Of a DNA stretch of 64,000 nucleotides, positions 25,001 to 37,905 are shown piece by piece (positions within the stretch are counted from its first letter, which is position 1; every line of letters starts with the position of its first letter). A model generated the notes under the pieces. That model saw only the letters and a program-made list of their open reading frames with translations. It had not been told where the DNA came from and made no database searches. Made by a program: the position numbers and the translations under genes. Origin of the DNA: Phoronis australis. Lineage: Eukaryota; Animalia; Phoronida. The DNA lies in contig NMRA01000503.1 in NCBI GenBank assembly GCA_002633005.1, positions 62,001 through 126,000 of the forward strand. The letters are read 5' to 3'.

Positions 25001-27551
25001 TGCACGACGCTTTTTTTTATTCCAGCCGTCTGGAGTTCTGAATGTTGGTTTTAATAATCAATTTTAAATTTCCGTTAATAATTTGACAACTGTCGTGATG
25101 AAAATGTTCAATTTGAACTGAAATCATTCGACGATCATTGTTCGGCCACTTACAATGAAGTTGAGAGTCAGCGCCCCTCCTTCCCCTCACTAAAGGGGAA
25201 CGCAGGAAACGGGGGACCGGGAAGGTTGTGTCCCTCAATAATTTGCAGGTGTGAGGGTAAAACGTTTGTGGCGACCGGCAAGATGTCACGTAGTTCTCCG
25301 GGAAACTTCTCTGACAAGGGATAATAGAGTCAAAGTGTCGGCTTTCTGTGTCCGTTTATTTGATATAAAGTCCATCCGTTGGTGACATCCATGGCCATCT
25401 TTTGTTTTTCTTATTTATATCGTTTTTGTGGAAGAGAAACTCATGCCCCAATGATTGAATCAACAGACATGTCAGCCATTCTTTGCTCTAACCAGAGTAA
25501 TTTCTGCAAAAAACTTAGCTAACCATAACACTGGTTTCACTGAAGAAAATGAATTAAAATACTTATTGTTCAAATGGCAAAATGTAAATTACTTACAGTG
25601 GGTACGTACAAGCCAGTGAATGACGAAAGTTGAGGGGAACTCTCACTAGCTCAATTGATTGACGCACATCTCTGAGTTTATTTCCACAAAAGAGATTGCT
25701 ACTAAAAGTCAAAACGATCAGGTTTGAGAAATTTACTGTCAATCGGTAAAAAGCGTAACAACTAAAACAAGTACATAAAATACTTCAGTAGCATTAGCAC
25801 TACAGAATTGGCAAAGTTCACCGTGCCTCAGACTAGGTTACCCGCATGCGCGCACCCAGCCTTCAAAATGGGGGGGCTCGAATTCCTGACGTTATGGACC
25901 TTTTGCTAACAAAAGAGCGGGCGGACTCCGCACTAAAAAAAAAAAAAAATGGGAAAAAAAAATGGGAGCACCACTGTGAATTGCACGTTTGCGCTTAGTT
26001 ACTGGACTTTTGTCCCATTTCCTCGGACATTTTGTCTCTCAGGGGCGGACCTTTTTGCCCACTTCGCAAAATGCCGCGGGGGGGCTCGTTCGAGCCCCCA
26101 CGGAGCCCCTGCCCTACTAGGCTAAGTACGGCCGCCGGTAAGCCAGGCAGGTAAAGTTCAGTAACGCTAGGACCTCGCTAAAGCAAGACTTCACGAGATA
26201 ACGTGAGATATTGCCGTGTATTTTAAATGTTTGATTTTGGATGGATTTTAGCAAGGTCCTAGCGCTACCCAGGAAGGGGGATCCTAGTGGCCTCTGAGGT
26301 TTTAAGTACGAAAATGTTTCACAAACGATGTTTTGGCTATAACTAATATTGTAATTAACGTTTATTTTTCCTGCCCAAACCCTATGAGGCACGAGCCTTT
26401 CATTTCTATCAGTGGCATCTGGCGGTGGCCCGGGGAGCAGAAACCGTACTTCAGTTTCACATTGCATCCACAGAGATGTCTATGGTCACATCACGTACCT
26501 TTCGCACTCTCGAAACTAAAGAAGTGAAATGGTTGCGAGGCTATAACCTAGCGACTAGTGGGCAAAGTGGTAAATCGTTTCAGCCGGGGCAGGTATCTAC
26601 GATAACCTTCATTTTGTTGCGAACTATCTTTAAAAACTATGATTTGGAGGTGATTAAGTGGTCTTAGATGTCCGACGTAAGCACAAAGCTCACCATTTTT
26701 GTCGAAAAAGAATTGGCTCAAGTTAAAAGTTAGTGACTGAGCAGCATCGCATCTCGGCCGTAACGTGGAACAGGCGAAGCGGCAGTCGAAAATCGCGATT
26801 TCATTTTAAACTGTTGAAATGTGACAATTTTGTCAACACCTGGAGTCATAATTTTGCAATTATTGTTTTTGGCCTACTGTTTTTCCTTGAATACTAAATT
26901 ATTGTCCCTCTGTTTGCACTGAATATCGATTGTCCCGGTTGTCAAAGTTGGTTTAGTAGTGCCACCTAGTGTCCTAAAATCAGACTCGTTGGTATCTTTG
27001 CCCAGTCGGGCTGGCTAAAACTGAACAAGGAATTTCCTTGGCTTTATTCATTGTCAGGTGTTGAAAAAGTTAGAATAGGCCTACCTAAGCCAAGAGTCCT
27101 TATGATGTTGTGTGATCATTTTCTCAAAATTTCTTTAGTTCTGTTATGGAATGAATTGAAACAAGCATGGACTTTAATTGGAAATGCCATTAGCAGAACA
27201 CTGCTATATTAATCCTGTTTATTACTTGATGACAGGGTCATAGTAATTGTGATATTTAGTTGGGAATTCTCGAAGTTTCTATGGGAAATAAAATGTTGCT
27301 TAAAACCAGAACTGGAACTATTTGTGTGATAAACTGTCACCTAGCAGTATTTTATGGCCATTGTAGCAACACAGTAGGCATTTGCATTAGAAAAAGGCTA
27401 GTTTTAGCAGCTTATCTTGTCTCAAGTTGTAGAATTTTTACTGAATGTGTTTGTGGTTTGTCCAACTGGTATGGATCATTCAGAGTTGTTTTGGGTCAAA
27501 ATGATACTTAAGTTCCTTGTTTTCATTACAGACATTTTGGAACACTTCAAA

Positions 27552-27644
27552 ATGGCCAGTGCCAGTACACCGAATTCCAAGAAACATCAGAAGCTGTATA
27601 AAGCAGGATCACCGGCTCCGGCGTGGAAAGAAGCCTTTAGAAAG
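27552..27644 (+). CDS. RPAIN: RPAIN coding exon 1
   Basis: Encodes MASASTPNSKKHQKLYKAGSPAPAWKEAFRK|gtattc. An acceptor tttcattacag ending at 27531 suggests an upstream non-coding exon. Confidence 0.9.
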
Positions 27645-30600
27645 GTATTCACTGTTAGTTGACAACAGTTCTATCTGCGTGGTCTTTTAAGTTGTGATGA
27701 TACACAACAAAGTTGAAAGTGAGGTCAAGTATACAGAGTGATTTTGTTCTTCTGGGAAAGGCCTAAAATGTTGTTTCCTAACTCACAACGTTTTTGATAT
27801 TTTCTATTAGAATATGATTCATTCCACATATTATCTGTAAGTTTTTGTTGTAACTTGAATACATGGTCCTTAAATGTAAACTTGGGTAATACTAATACTC
27901 ATTTACAGGGATCCTATATTCTGCAGGAGAACCAGTTTCCTCCACTGAATAACTTGCATCAAACTGGTTCTCAAAATCCAGTAAAACTGTTAGTGACTAG
28001 TGCTCAAACTTGGATTGGATGCCCTCTTGTGTCACTGCGTATGTGAGAGTGGGTGTGAATGTGGTGTGAACGTGATGTGAATTTTGGTGTGAATGCCGTG
28101 TGAATGTCGTGTGAACGTATGAAGGGCCCTTATTGAAAGACCTGCTGAACACTGATGAGGTTACTCTTGTTAAAACCTTTCGTTAAAGTAACTCATACCT
28201 TGTGAATAATTCCAGTAAAAGTGTTGTGAACATGTTGAAAGGTTTGAACTGAAGAGGTAGTAGCTATAGTTGTTAAATAAGTTTTACTTCAATTTCTAAT
28301 TGTGTTGAGCAAAACGTTTGGTTTACAACTATATTTCACTCTGTTTACCTGTCCAAACATTGGAAGCAATTTTGTTGCAATTTCAGAGATGCCTTGACAG
28401 ACTACGAATGAGTCGGGACAAGTTTGTTGGTCATCTTCGCATGGTGGATGATGGTTGCATGAAGAATTTAATGACTGACGAATGGCGTCAGCTGAAACAG
28501 GAGCATGAAGATCTACCTGATGTTGAAGACAGTTATTTTGATGTAGGTCATCAGGGCCCTCAGTGAAAGATATGAAAACACACTAAATTACCCCCATCAG
28601 GTCCTAAAGTTCCCCTTTAATGATTAAAATTATGCTCAAGGTTAGAATCACTTTAACATTTTGGCTACTTGGAGTCATTGCCGACAAGGAGGTACCGACT
28701 GGGGTTGAATTGGCAGCGACGACGGGGTGGGATAGGGGGATTTTCCCCTCAAGCAAAAAAATCCCCTCAGAAAGGCACAGGCACCTTTCCCTATGGTGAG
28801 CAAGGGTCCTGGTTGTTATTCGTTGTACTGTGAAAAACTGAGCTAGGCGACATTTTCTCACAAAATTTAGCTTGTACACTCTACTGTGTATTAGCGCTTT
28901 ATACATTCTACTAATTCCTCAAATTTGATTGTATTCATGACAGTGATGCCATTTTATTGTGATAGGCGCAATGTTCACAGTGCATCATGCATCCATCTGA
29001 CACTCAAAATTGTTTTAACAGGTAAGACTGCTGAAGCTCTCAATTTCTTGTTGTCAGAAAAACAAGCCTTTTGAGCAAAAAATGGGATAATTCTGGTCTG
29101 TGCCTGCCTCACTGTTTAAAGAAAAAACGAGGATCCTAACCCATTTTAGGTGGACTTGGGTGACGCTGTAAAAAAAGATCCTGCTCCAGTTCAGCTGGGA
29201 TCAGGACTAGACACTGAGAAGAAAGGAAGGATTCTGTGCCATTTCACCAGGTGTCAGATAACTTTTTCTTTTTGAAAATATGGACGTCAACTAAAAACAT
29301 GGCGCAAAGTGGTGTCAGTTTTCAAAAAAACAGACCAGAACCAATGATGCTATCTCTCAACTACATTGCTACCCTTACACGCTACCTGATGGTCACACAT
29401 GTTAAAATCATATGGAGACCTTAACCACAAGATTTTCTCTTTGAAAACTAAACTTCATTACAAGTAATCTGTGTTGCAGATTGATAACGACTTGTCCGGT
29501 GTGAATGAAATTCTTTCAATATTTGACGAGATAAAAAAGGAACTTCTGCTAGAAGGTAAGATAATGTCCTTGTTATTGTATTTTGGTGAAATGCAGATTT
29601 TTGAGTTGAGACTGTCAGTCTTGAAATACGTGGTAAATCCTAAGGCCCTGTCACACCAAACTCATTGTTGGAACATCTGAGCTCGTTTTAACTTCTTGAT
29701 GGAGTGCGGTGGGAACAACAAAATGGGTATAGAGCATGCCTGGAATCCGACACTGTCCATGGGATTTTTATTCAGATTGTGCAACACTTAATCAGTTCCT
29801 ACTCAGTGTTCGTCCCATTTTCGAGATTATACTGAGAACTGTTTTAGTGTGATGGGTTCCTAATTGAACATTGGTATCCTTATCTTTATAAAAAACACCA
29901 GTTTTGCTTTTGGTCAACTCATTTTTATAGTCACCAAAATGAATGATGTATTGTTTATTAATGTATGCCAGTATGCACTTTTGGAGGCTCAAAAACTGCA
30001 ACTTTTATTTAAGTATGAGATGCTTTGAAATCTCTCATGGTGCTAATTATGGTAATTCTTCACCTATTTAGCACAAGATATGGCTGACAAGTTAAAATTT
30101 TATTTTGCCAAATCTCTACACGAAAATAAAATTAAGGAAATATTAGTCTATTTTTGGCTTGTTATGTTCTGTTTAGATGTCATAAAGCAGCATTTGGGAA
30201 AGTTTGCATCATATGCAGCAAAGAAGATTGGGAAAATGACAATTTTTACAATTATTTTTGTGCGAAATAAGTGAGAAATTACGGTAGGTCCAGCTGAAAT
30301 TGCAACGTTATGCTCCGACGCTCTGGGGTGAGTTTCCTGATTTTGATGATCGGGAACTTGGGTTACAGCTGCAGTGTCCTTATTACAATGGTAAAGTATT
30401 GATTTGGTGTTAATTGTCTGTTGTGAAAAAAGCAACTACGAAATTTCCTTTGTCTGCCATATTGTGTCCTAAATTTATATTGTTTCGTAACCTGCCTTGT
30501 TTCAGAACTTGAGTATCTTTTGACAAACACAAAATCTAAAGAAAACAATGTTCTCCTTCGAAGTAAACAAGTCTGTCACTCTAGTGTTGGGCCTGGGATG

Positions 30601-33600
30601 TGCTCGCACAAAAATCTCACTTAAATTTCCCTCTCCCTTCTGTTACAGAGCAATCGTTATTGGCTGAGTATGAGAAAAATCAACAGTTTTGTGAAGCTGA
30701 TCTCTGCGCGGCGGTGTCTAGTATGTGCAATGAAGTAGTAATGTGTCCCGTGTGTAAAAAGTGAGTTCACTTCAACATCTGTAAGTGACTTAAATTCTAT
30801 TCAAAGACTAATAAGTAAGACATGGTAATGGAGGAGAGCTCGGACCCCTGTTTCCACCCCTCCCTTAATCGGCCACTCCATAATTCATCGACATCTCAAG
30901 TGGTCCACTTTTATTTGTCTTTAAATATTCATTTTTTTAATCAAATGCTGAAAAATAATTTCCTAATACTTCAAAACATTTGCACTTCTTTTAAAGAATG
31001 GTATTTTGCCTGGTTTTGCTGACTAAAAAAGAAAGAATTGAATTAAGTGTTTGACTCTTATAAAGTTGGTTTTGCTGTTTTCCTTACGGTGATAAGATTC
31101 TATCACCATTACCATCTCAGGTCACAGGCATTACATACATGCACCATTTTCGAATTCACAATTTATGATTTCGATGTTCTTGTTGCTAATGGAAAAAGAA
31201 TCCTATTACAGTAAAGAATATCATATTGGTTTTATGAGAGTAAACAGCCTGATTCTGTTTTTGTTTCTGGTCAGCTAAACAGGGCGAAATGCAACTTTAA
31301 ATAACAGTTATGTAATTTATGTGTTAACAATTGTTTCTGTGGTACTGAAAAAGATAAACTATGAGGCTCTGTTTGTGATTTTGTAACAAATGAGAATATT
31401 TGATTGTTACGAAATGTCACCTGTACCGCATGTTTTTTAAAGAATGAAGTGTCTCTAAACTCTGCTTGACCATATACTACAGGCCACATCCTCTTGAGTC
31501 CACTATACAGGACTGCTCCAACTTCAAGCAGTCTTAACATTCTCTAGCCCTGATGTTCTGAAGCAATTTCACTACTTCCAGTGGGTGGAGTGTTAGATAG
31601 TTTACGCAAATATGAGCCTGAATGTGAAATCTTTACCCTGTGTGTTTTCGTGTTGTGTAACTAGTTGAAAAGAAAGATGTGATGTGTCATAGACCAGGAC
31701 AGAATAAGACCTCACATTTGCAATAAGTTGTGGGAAACTTGTTGCTTGCAAGAGATAAAACAACTAACAGTTGGCGAGAAGAACTGACGTCTTAAAATTT
31801 CTTCTTTGATGTACACAAATGGTTCAGCTTTAAATATCATAAAGTTAGGTAATACCTTTTGGTTTTTGTTTGTTTGTCTCTTGTTAGTGCTCATTCCTGT
31901 TGTCTGTTTTACAGGGATTATTTGATCCAGAACAAGAGCATCATCTTTTGTAAATGTGGAGTTCACATTGACACAGAGGTGATATGTCATTGGTAGTAAT
32001 CTAATGAGAGACTTTCAAGTAGCAATATGGCAACTAATCACATTGGACTGGATACTAGTGACTTCTAAAGGACGAGAGGGCAATTTCACTTTTGTTTAAA
32101 ATGCATCATGTCTAATCACATACACTATAAAACGGTCTTTTCAGGAAATCAAATATGTTCTCGTATGCCACCTGCTGTAAAGCGGAAGTATCTCCTGATA
32201 CAGCCATGTGGCGATAAGAGTCACTGATAGTCACATGATCAGCCCGTGTCGCTTCCTGAAAGTCTCTCTTTATTATCGCTGATACAAAAAAAGTTTATGA
32301 GATCCCGTTTTGCTTTTAAACTGAAGGTATCATCAAGAAACACATTGTGTCACCAACTGCAGTTGAAACAATATTGAGCGAATACAGTCAAGTAACATGC
32401 ACATGAACAGGTCAACACAGGTGCAGTGACACTCTGTTACCATGACATTCCAAGGGAAAAGTAACATGCTGATTTCTGATGTATTGAGACTCAAGCACCT
32501 AGAGAGCTTTTCTTTGTTACCTTCACTAACCAAGATTTGATGTTGGGTGCAGTTTATAATGTGGTTTTAATTCATAATCATTAGGGGCAAAAGACTTGGT
32601 AAGCTTCCACCAGGTGGCATGTATGCAACTCATCATTTGTTTCAAAATGTCATCAACTTCCTATTTTTTATTAAAATCTCCTAATTTTGCAAAAAAAATT
32701 TGCACCTGATATATCAAGGCTGTTCGTTTGGGGTTTCATGTCACCCTACCCTCACTTCTTTGAGCAGCTTTAGTATTTCATTTGTTTCACGTCAAAAAAC
32801 CTGACAAGCGCACAACTCAAAAAATATTTCATTTACAGACTGGCAAAAGAATTATTTCAATTAAAAAAAAAGTAGAAAAGTAACATATTGTAGCCCCCAG
32901 CCGAAATTGGGCTTATTTGTCACATCAAAATGAGACTATAACAATTAACAGATCACCTATGAATGTAACTTCATCTATTCTGATATGCAGACTTAATAAA
33001 TTTGGCAAATTGTCCATGAAAAAAGGTTGAAATAATTTTAATCATTGGCAATGCTTTATTTGACTTTTGAATGGGAATTCCTAGACGTCAGTGTAACTCT
33101 CTGGACATTGACCCACTCTTCCGTTGGGGTAAGTGCCCTCTCCTCAACCTCTCAAAAATTCATTTTTAAGCACCCATGCTCAGCTTAACACCCACCCCTG
33201 ATTTTAAGTTTGTACACTTAAGTGCCTGGGGCGGTAACGTGCACGAGTATGATGTATTTTGAATATTGTTTAGGGTAGTGTTGTTTATTTTTGTTTACAT
33301 ACCATGCACCCAAGCTTTTGATTTATTTTTTCATCAGTTTTAACTAGATCGTCGTCATGCATTTCAGCGGTTATTGCACTTGGTTTTTGTAGTTGGACAG
33401 CTTAACCATTTCGGATCTAAGGTCTCAAATTGAAGAAGGCAATAAGGCACACAGTCGAAACTGCAGCAAGATGCCAGTCTTTTCTATTATAAACGAGATG
33501 GGCTTCAGCAACCTTCTAATGTCTTGTCCAGTATGTATTAAGTGTATTTACTTCCTATGCAACTAAGGGCAAATGATTGCGAGGGGTCTCATGTGTACAT

Positions 33601-34357
33601 ATGACAATTGTGTTTTGCCTGTTAACCAGCCTGAGGGTACCACAGAGACCGTAGTAAAGATATTGAAAAATACTTTTTCTGGTAATGGACTCGAGATTTC
33701 CCCTGTTAAACCATGACCTGTCCTGACCTTTGGTTGGCCTATAGTTGAATTTGACTTGTGGACCCCTTTCACTGTTGATTACATTCCTAACTTAGAATAT
33801 GGGGTGTCTGCGAACCCTCAGCTGCACCTTCTATTGTCTGGTGTACAGATAGTCTCTACTTGAGAGGCTAAAAAGCTTAGGTTGGTGGCTGCATCCTTGT
33901 TGAGTGGGGTGACACTCGATTGTGCGAGGCACTACAGAACTAGCAACGTCATTTAGAACTTTACTAATGCACCTGGTTGGGGCTTTTAAAAATTAATGTA
34001 GGTGGGGTGTTTTTTACAGTAGTGAGACATTGGGGTGCTGACCAGAACAAACTATGTTTTTTAGCCTTTAGTTACTGAATGGGGGTAGAATTGGACTAAA
34101 CTCGCCAGTATCATATAAGCAGACTTAGTACAGGCAATAAAACACGCATGTCTGAGCATAAACTTCCCCAAAAAGTGTATAATTTATATGCTCATACAAC
34201 ATCCCTGAGGTGTAATCCAGTCTTCTAAGGTCGTTCAAGAGAGGAACGTGTTTTGCTCAGTGAAGGTCATTCCATAAGTTTGGTCAGTGAAGGTCATTCC
34301 ATAACGGGTTCTTATTTTTCTTTGCAGATTTGCGACTTCATGTTCTTCGTAATATAG
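27552..34357 (+). CDS. RPAIN: RPA-interacting protein (RIP), spliced gene model, 222 aa: join(27552..27644,28387..28542,29480..29555,30649..30760,31915..31978,33393..33530,34328..34357)
   Basis: N-terminal LYK..SP.PAWKEAFRKRCLDRLRMSRDK, acidic middle, Cys-rich C-terminal zinc finger (CPVC...CKC...H..NC...LLMSCPICD). All introns GT-AG with consistent phases; 669 nt. Confidence 0.92.
28052..28118. repeat. ~11-bp tandem repeat (GTGTGAAYGTG-like, about 6 copies)
   Basis: Directly visible in the intron after RPAIN coding exon 1. Confidence 0.8.
28387..28542 (+). CDS. RPAIN: RPAIN coding exon 2
   Basis: Encodes RCLDRLRMSRDKFVGHLR...DEWRQLK...SYFD|gtaggt. Confidence 0.88.
29480..29555 (+). CDS. 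RPAIN: RPAIN coding exon 3
   Basis: Encodes IDNDLSGVNEILSIFDEIKKELLLE|gtaaga. Confidence 0.88.
30649..30760 (+). CDS. RPAIN: RPAIN coding exon 4
   Basis: Encodes EQSLLAEYEKNQQFCEADLCAAVSSMCNEVVMCPVCK|gtgagt. Confidence 0.9.
31915..31978 (+). CDS. RPAIN: RPAIN coding exon 5
   Basis: Encodes DYLIQNKSIIFCKCGVHIDTE|gtgata. Confidence 0.88.
32006..32268. mobile_element. Degenerate MITE with ~55-bp imperfect TIRs in an RPAIN intron
   Basis: gagagactttcaagtagcaatatgg... pairs with ...ccgtgtcgcttcctgaaagtctctc. Confidence 0.6.
33393..33530 (+). CDS. RPAIN: RPAIN coding exon 6
   Basis: Encodes LDSLTISDLRSQIEEGNKAHSRNCSKMPVFSIINEMGFSNLLMSCP|gtatgt. Confidence 0.88.
34328..34357 (+). CDS. RPAIN: RPAIN coding exon 7 (stop)
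   Basis: tttttctttgcag|ICDFMFFVI then stop; completes the final CxxCD motif. Confidence 0.85.
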   Translation: MCDFMFFVI

Positions 34358-35435
34358 GACAGTAGTTTGTACTCTTTTCAAGCAATACCTCATAATATAA
34401 GAATGACTTGAGATACGGGCAGGAGGCAAAGGTGCTCAAAGTGAAGTCATTTGATTCAGCTTGCTTTGTGTGGATTACGACCAATAGTCACTTATAGTGG
34501 TCCTGGATGTTGAGAAACAGTTTGAAGCCTGTTATTCAGTGGAGAAAACTGGCTCACTAATACGGACCCCTGTAGGTGGCATTTACCACATTATGTTAAG
34601 AGTGTTGTAGCTTATTAAAGTTATGTTGATCGCAGTTCAGCGTGTCTAAAATGGACATAAGAATGAAGTGGTTTATTGAGTCAAAAATAACACATGTGAG
34701 GTCCATACTGACCACAGTGTAACCATGATAGAAAACAAGGAGCATTTACTGAAAAGCAGGCGGATTGAACGGGATAACCTGCTTGCAACATATTCCATGC
34801 CTCAATGAAAAAGCTATATTTATACAAGCATTTACTTGCCTTTTTTCATTACAGCATTTTTTGTGATAATCGCAAAATTAAAATCCTAATATTCAACTCC
34901 CGCCGTAGTGTGAAACTTGACATCCCAAGGCAGTAGTCATATTACAGTGCTCAGTATACCTTTAAATGTGATTGCACAAATGAATATAAAACTCAACACT
35001 GTATAATTATTTGCTTTAGTTGAGAAGTCCTGCACAGTTATTTTAAATCTGGGCTCTAAATACAGGCAAATCACATTTCAACGTTCCTGGTTTATAATGT
35101 TCACTACTTACAAAGTTACTCTGACTCCATAACTGCACTCTTGTACGCTAATTTAGTAAGAGAGAACTTCTCATTTCCAAGAGTTTTAAAATCCTGGGAG
35201 ATTTGCTGTAAAGCAGTTTGACTTCAGTGAGTGCAATACTGCTCTAGACATTACAGAGCCAATTTGATTTTGGTCGTTATTTCTTTTTAGTCGATGTGTG
35301 CATATAATGGCTCTTGAATATTCTTGTCACTCACTAATTTAGGAGTGGATATGTAATATAAATTTGTCATTCTGAGAAGTTAGAGCTCTATCATTGTTGT
35401 GTTTAGAATTTTTATTTTTGTATTTTGTGTTATAA

Positions 35436-35441
35436 AATAAA
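35436..35441 (+). terminator. Candidate RPAIN polyadenylation signal AATAAA
   Basis: AATAAA after a T-rich tract about 1.1 kb past the stop; another AATAAA lies near 35613. Confidence 0.35.
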
Positions 35442-37835
35442 AGCAATATCGCCTGAATTTCAGTCGTCTGGTATACATTCATGTTAGTGCATGTCACTAC
35501 GCAGGCATGTCATTTGGCAAACTGAAAGTTCATTTCCTCTTCAAAGAATGAAAATTGAATCTATGTTGAACTCTTAGCTCCTGACCTTCATTCATATCTC
35601 TGATGGGATTCAAATAAAACTTTCAGATACTATGTTTTTGCACCAAGTTTTGTGATTTTTATGGAAAGGAATCAAAAGTTGCATGAAACTAAAACGAAAT
35701 AACTTAGAAAATTGTAACAGTGTTTTATGAGGTTTCATCTTGAACATCTATATTAAATGATATTTGGTTGTGTTACTGATGCCATTGTTTTACTATGAAT
35801 ATACCTTTTTGCTAAATTTTACGTAAAAGATGTGGTCAGGTGACCCAATAAATAGTGGATTGGTACAAGTCAAAAATCAAATTCTACGGGCTTTCTACAT
35901 GCAGAAAATATATTCCTTTACAGAGCTAGACTTCATAGTTCTTTAAATAAGTGACTGCATGCACAGACCTGTCTATAAGGACGTTGGTTTAATGCATGAT
36001 CAAGCTCAGTATATATCTGTTCTCCGAAAGTTTTTACAATTGTCATTACACAAATACCAAGATCACACATTTTCGTCTTCTATGAAAGCACCACTTTTGG
36101 GATATTTTTGCTAATAATCTGCTATTGCTTAGTTCTTGTCATGAAAATTATAAATAGTCTTCTAGGATAGATTATGTGGCATTTAATAATTGACACTTTT
36201 AAAGTTCACAAGAAATAGGTCACAGTTAATTGTACATGTATATTGTTTCCAAAAATATACACAAATTGGATAAACAAAATACAATTGACGTTTTCTTATA
36301 AGTTACTGGAGAAAAGAAGAAAAACATAGAATTGCCATGTTGGTAGTTTGAAAGATATTTTTTTAAAATCATCTTCACTAGACAATTTTGCATTCCTTCG
36401 TAAGTAGTGCAACGCCAGAGTTTGACAAATACAAGGATTAAAACCCGTTTTACGTAACCAGTTCATGGCCATGGCAATAACAAGGACAACAAAACTTTCA
36501 CATTCAAGTTCACATCTGCAGTAAAACTAGCATAAGTTGACTGTAACCAGACTGAGAACGAGTATGGTGAAATCCAACTTGTCTCAAGGAACAAGTGCAT
36601 GACCTAGAACTTACCATACTACAGAACTGTTCAAGAGGAGCAAAAATCCGACTAGAGCATGCCTGATACTTCACTGATTAAAAAAGTTGAAGCAAACATG
36701 TGAAATTGGACATACGCGAAATTGAATGTTATCGTCAATAGTTTGTCTCTTTTTTGCTAACACACTGTCGTGAAAACACTTATTCATAAAAATGTAGTTG
36801 TCAACAAGACAATGAGATTGCTGCGACCCTATGCCCCTGTCACGTTTAGTCTCTTTGATGCAAGATCTGGGTTGCTAGTCACTTCTGAGATGAGACAAAA
36901 ATCTTGACTTCTACAACGGAAATAGTGATTATTCATAATGTTTATGTCCTGCCCAACAATATCTTTCAGCAGCAGCCATTTTACTAGTCTAACAGTCTAC
37001 AGTAATTCTCCCACAAAAATAATTACCATTTTCAAAGGTTGTCAGATTAGTTTACTGCTGATAATGGTAAATTAACCAAAACTTGTTTTATGACATCTAC
37101 ACAGTACAAACCTTGTGAAACTAAAAGAAATCTATTTTTACAGAAATTTGACAAAATGGACTTTAAACTGTTGGCCATATTGTGTGCCAAATATGTGAAG
37201 AATTACCGTACTAGAGGCGAATTGCATAAAACACGCAGGTGTGTTTCTTGAGCACATACAAGTTCTGGCAAAATGGTAGCCACTGGTTGGCTAGGCTGAA
37301 ATGTTGAAATTTGGGATAGAACTAACAGTTTCCGTTCCATAAGCAAAGATTTCTCATCCTAAGTGCCTCATGAGTGCCTTGTGATTGCAGAGCACGCCTC
37401 TGGTAACGTTGTGAGCATGCACATGGATTACAAGCTGACACTGTTATGACAGTATGATATGTATGCAACCCTACTTTCCACAGTATCCAGGTAGGGACTC
37501 ATCGCGTAGTCTCAAACAGCGTGTACACACTCTGTTCACCTTAACAACTCCTTCCAACAAAGACTAAACATCCTTCTGGACTGTAACAGCGTCACACTCA
37601 TTGGAAGGCAAACATAGTCAGCTCCATCATTGAAAACTCAGTTCTGTTTAAAATCCCTTACACAGTTCTACAAATTCGTCCCCTGCCTCACCACTTCATA
37701 TGTCTCTGCGCTCCCTCGGTCAAAGGAGGCTTTGGTGATGATCATAGACTCTACCTTCCTCATTGAGGTAGCATGGTTGTCACTGAACTGTCTTTATAAG
37801 GATTATGTGATGCGTCAAAAAGTTTTTAAAAATCC

Positions 37836-37905
37836 TCATACATTCTCCTCTATGGCCACAGACAAAGACTTGACTTGCTTCACCAGTTCGCTGATTTGGT
37901 CACCT
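37836..37905 (-). CDS. NUP88: NUP88 exon 15 (stop)
   Basis: Encodes GDQISELVKQVKSLSVAIEENV followed by the stop. Confidence 0.88.
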
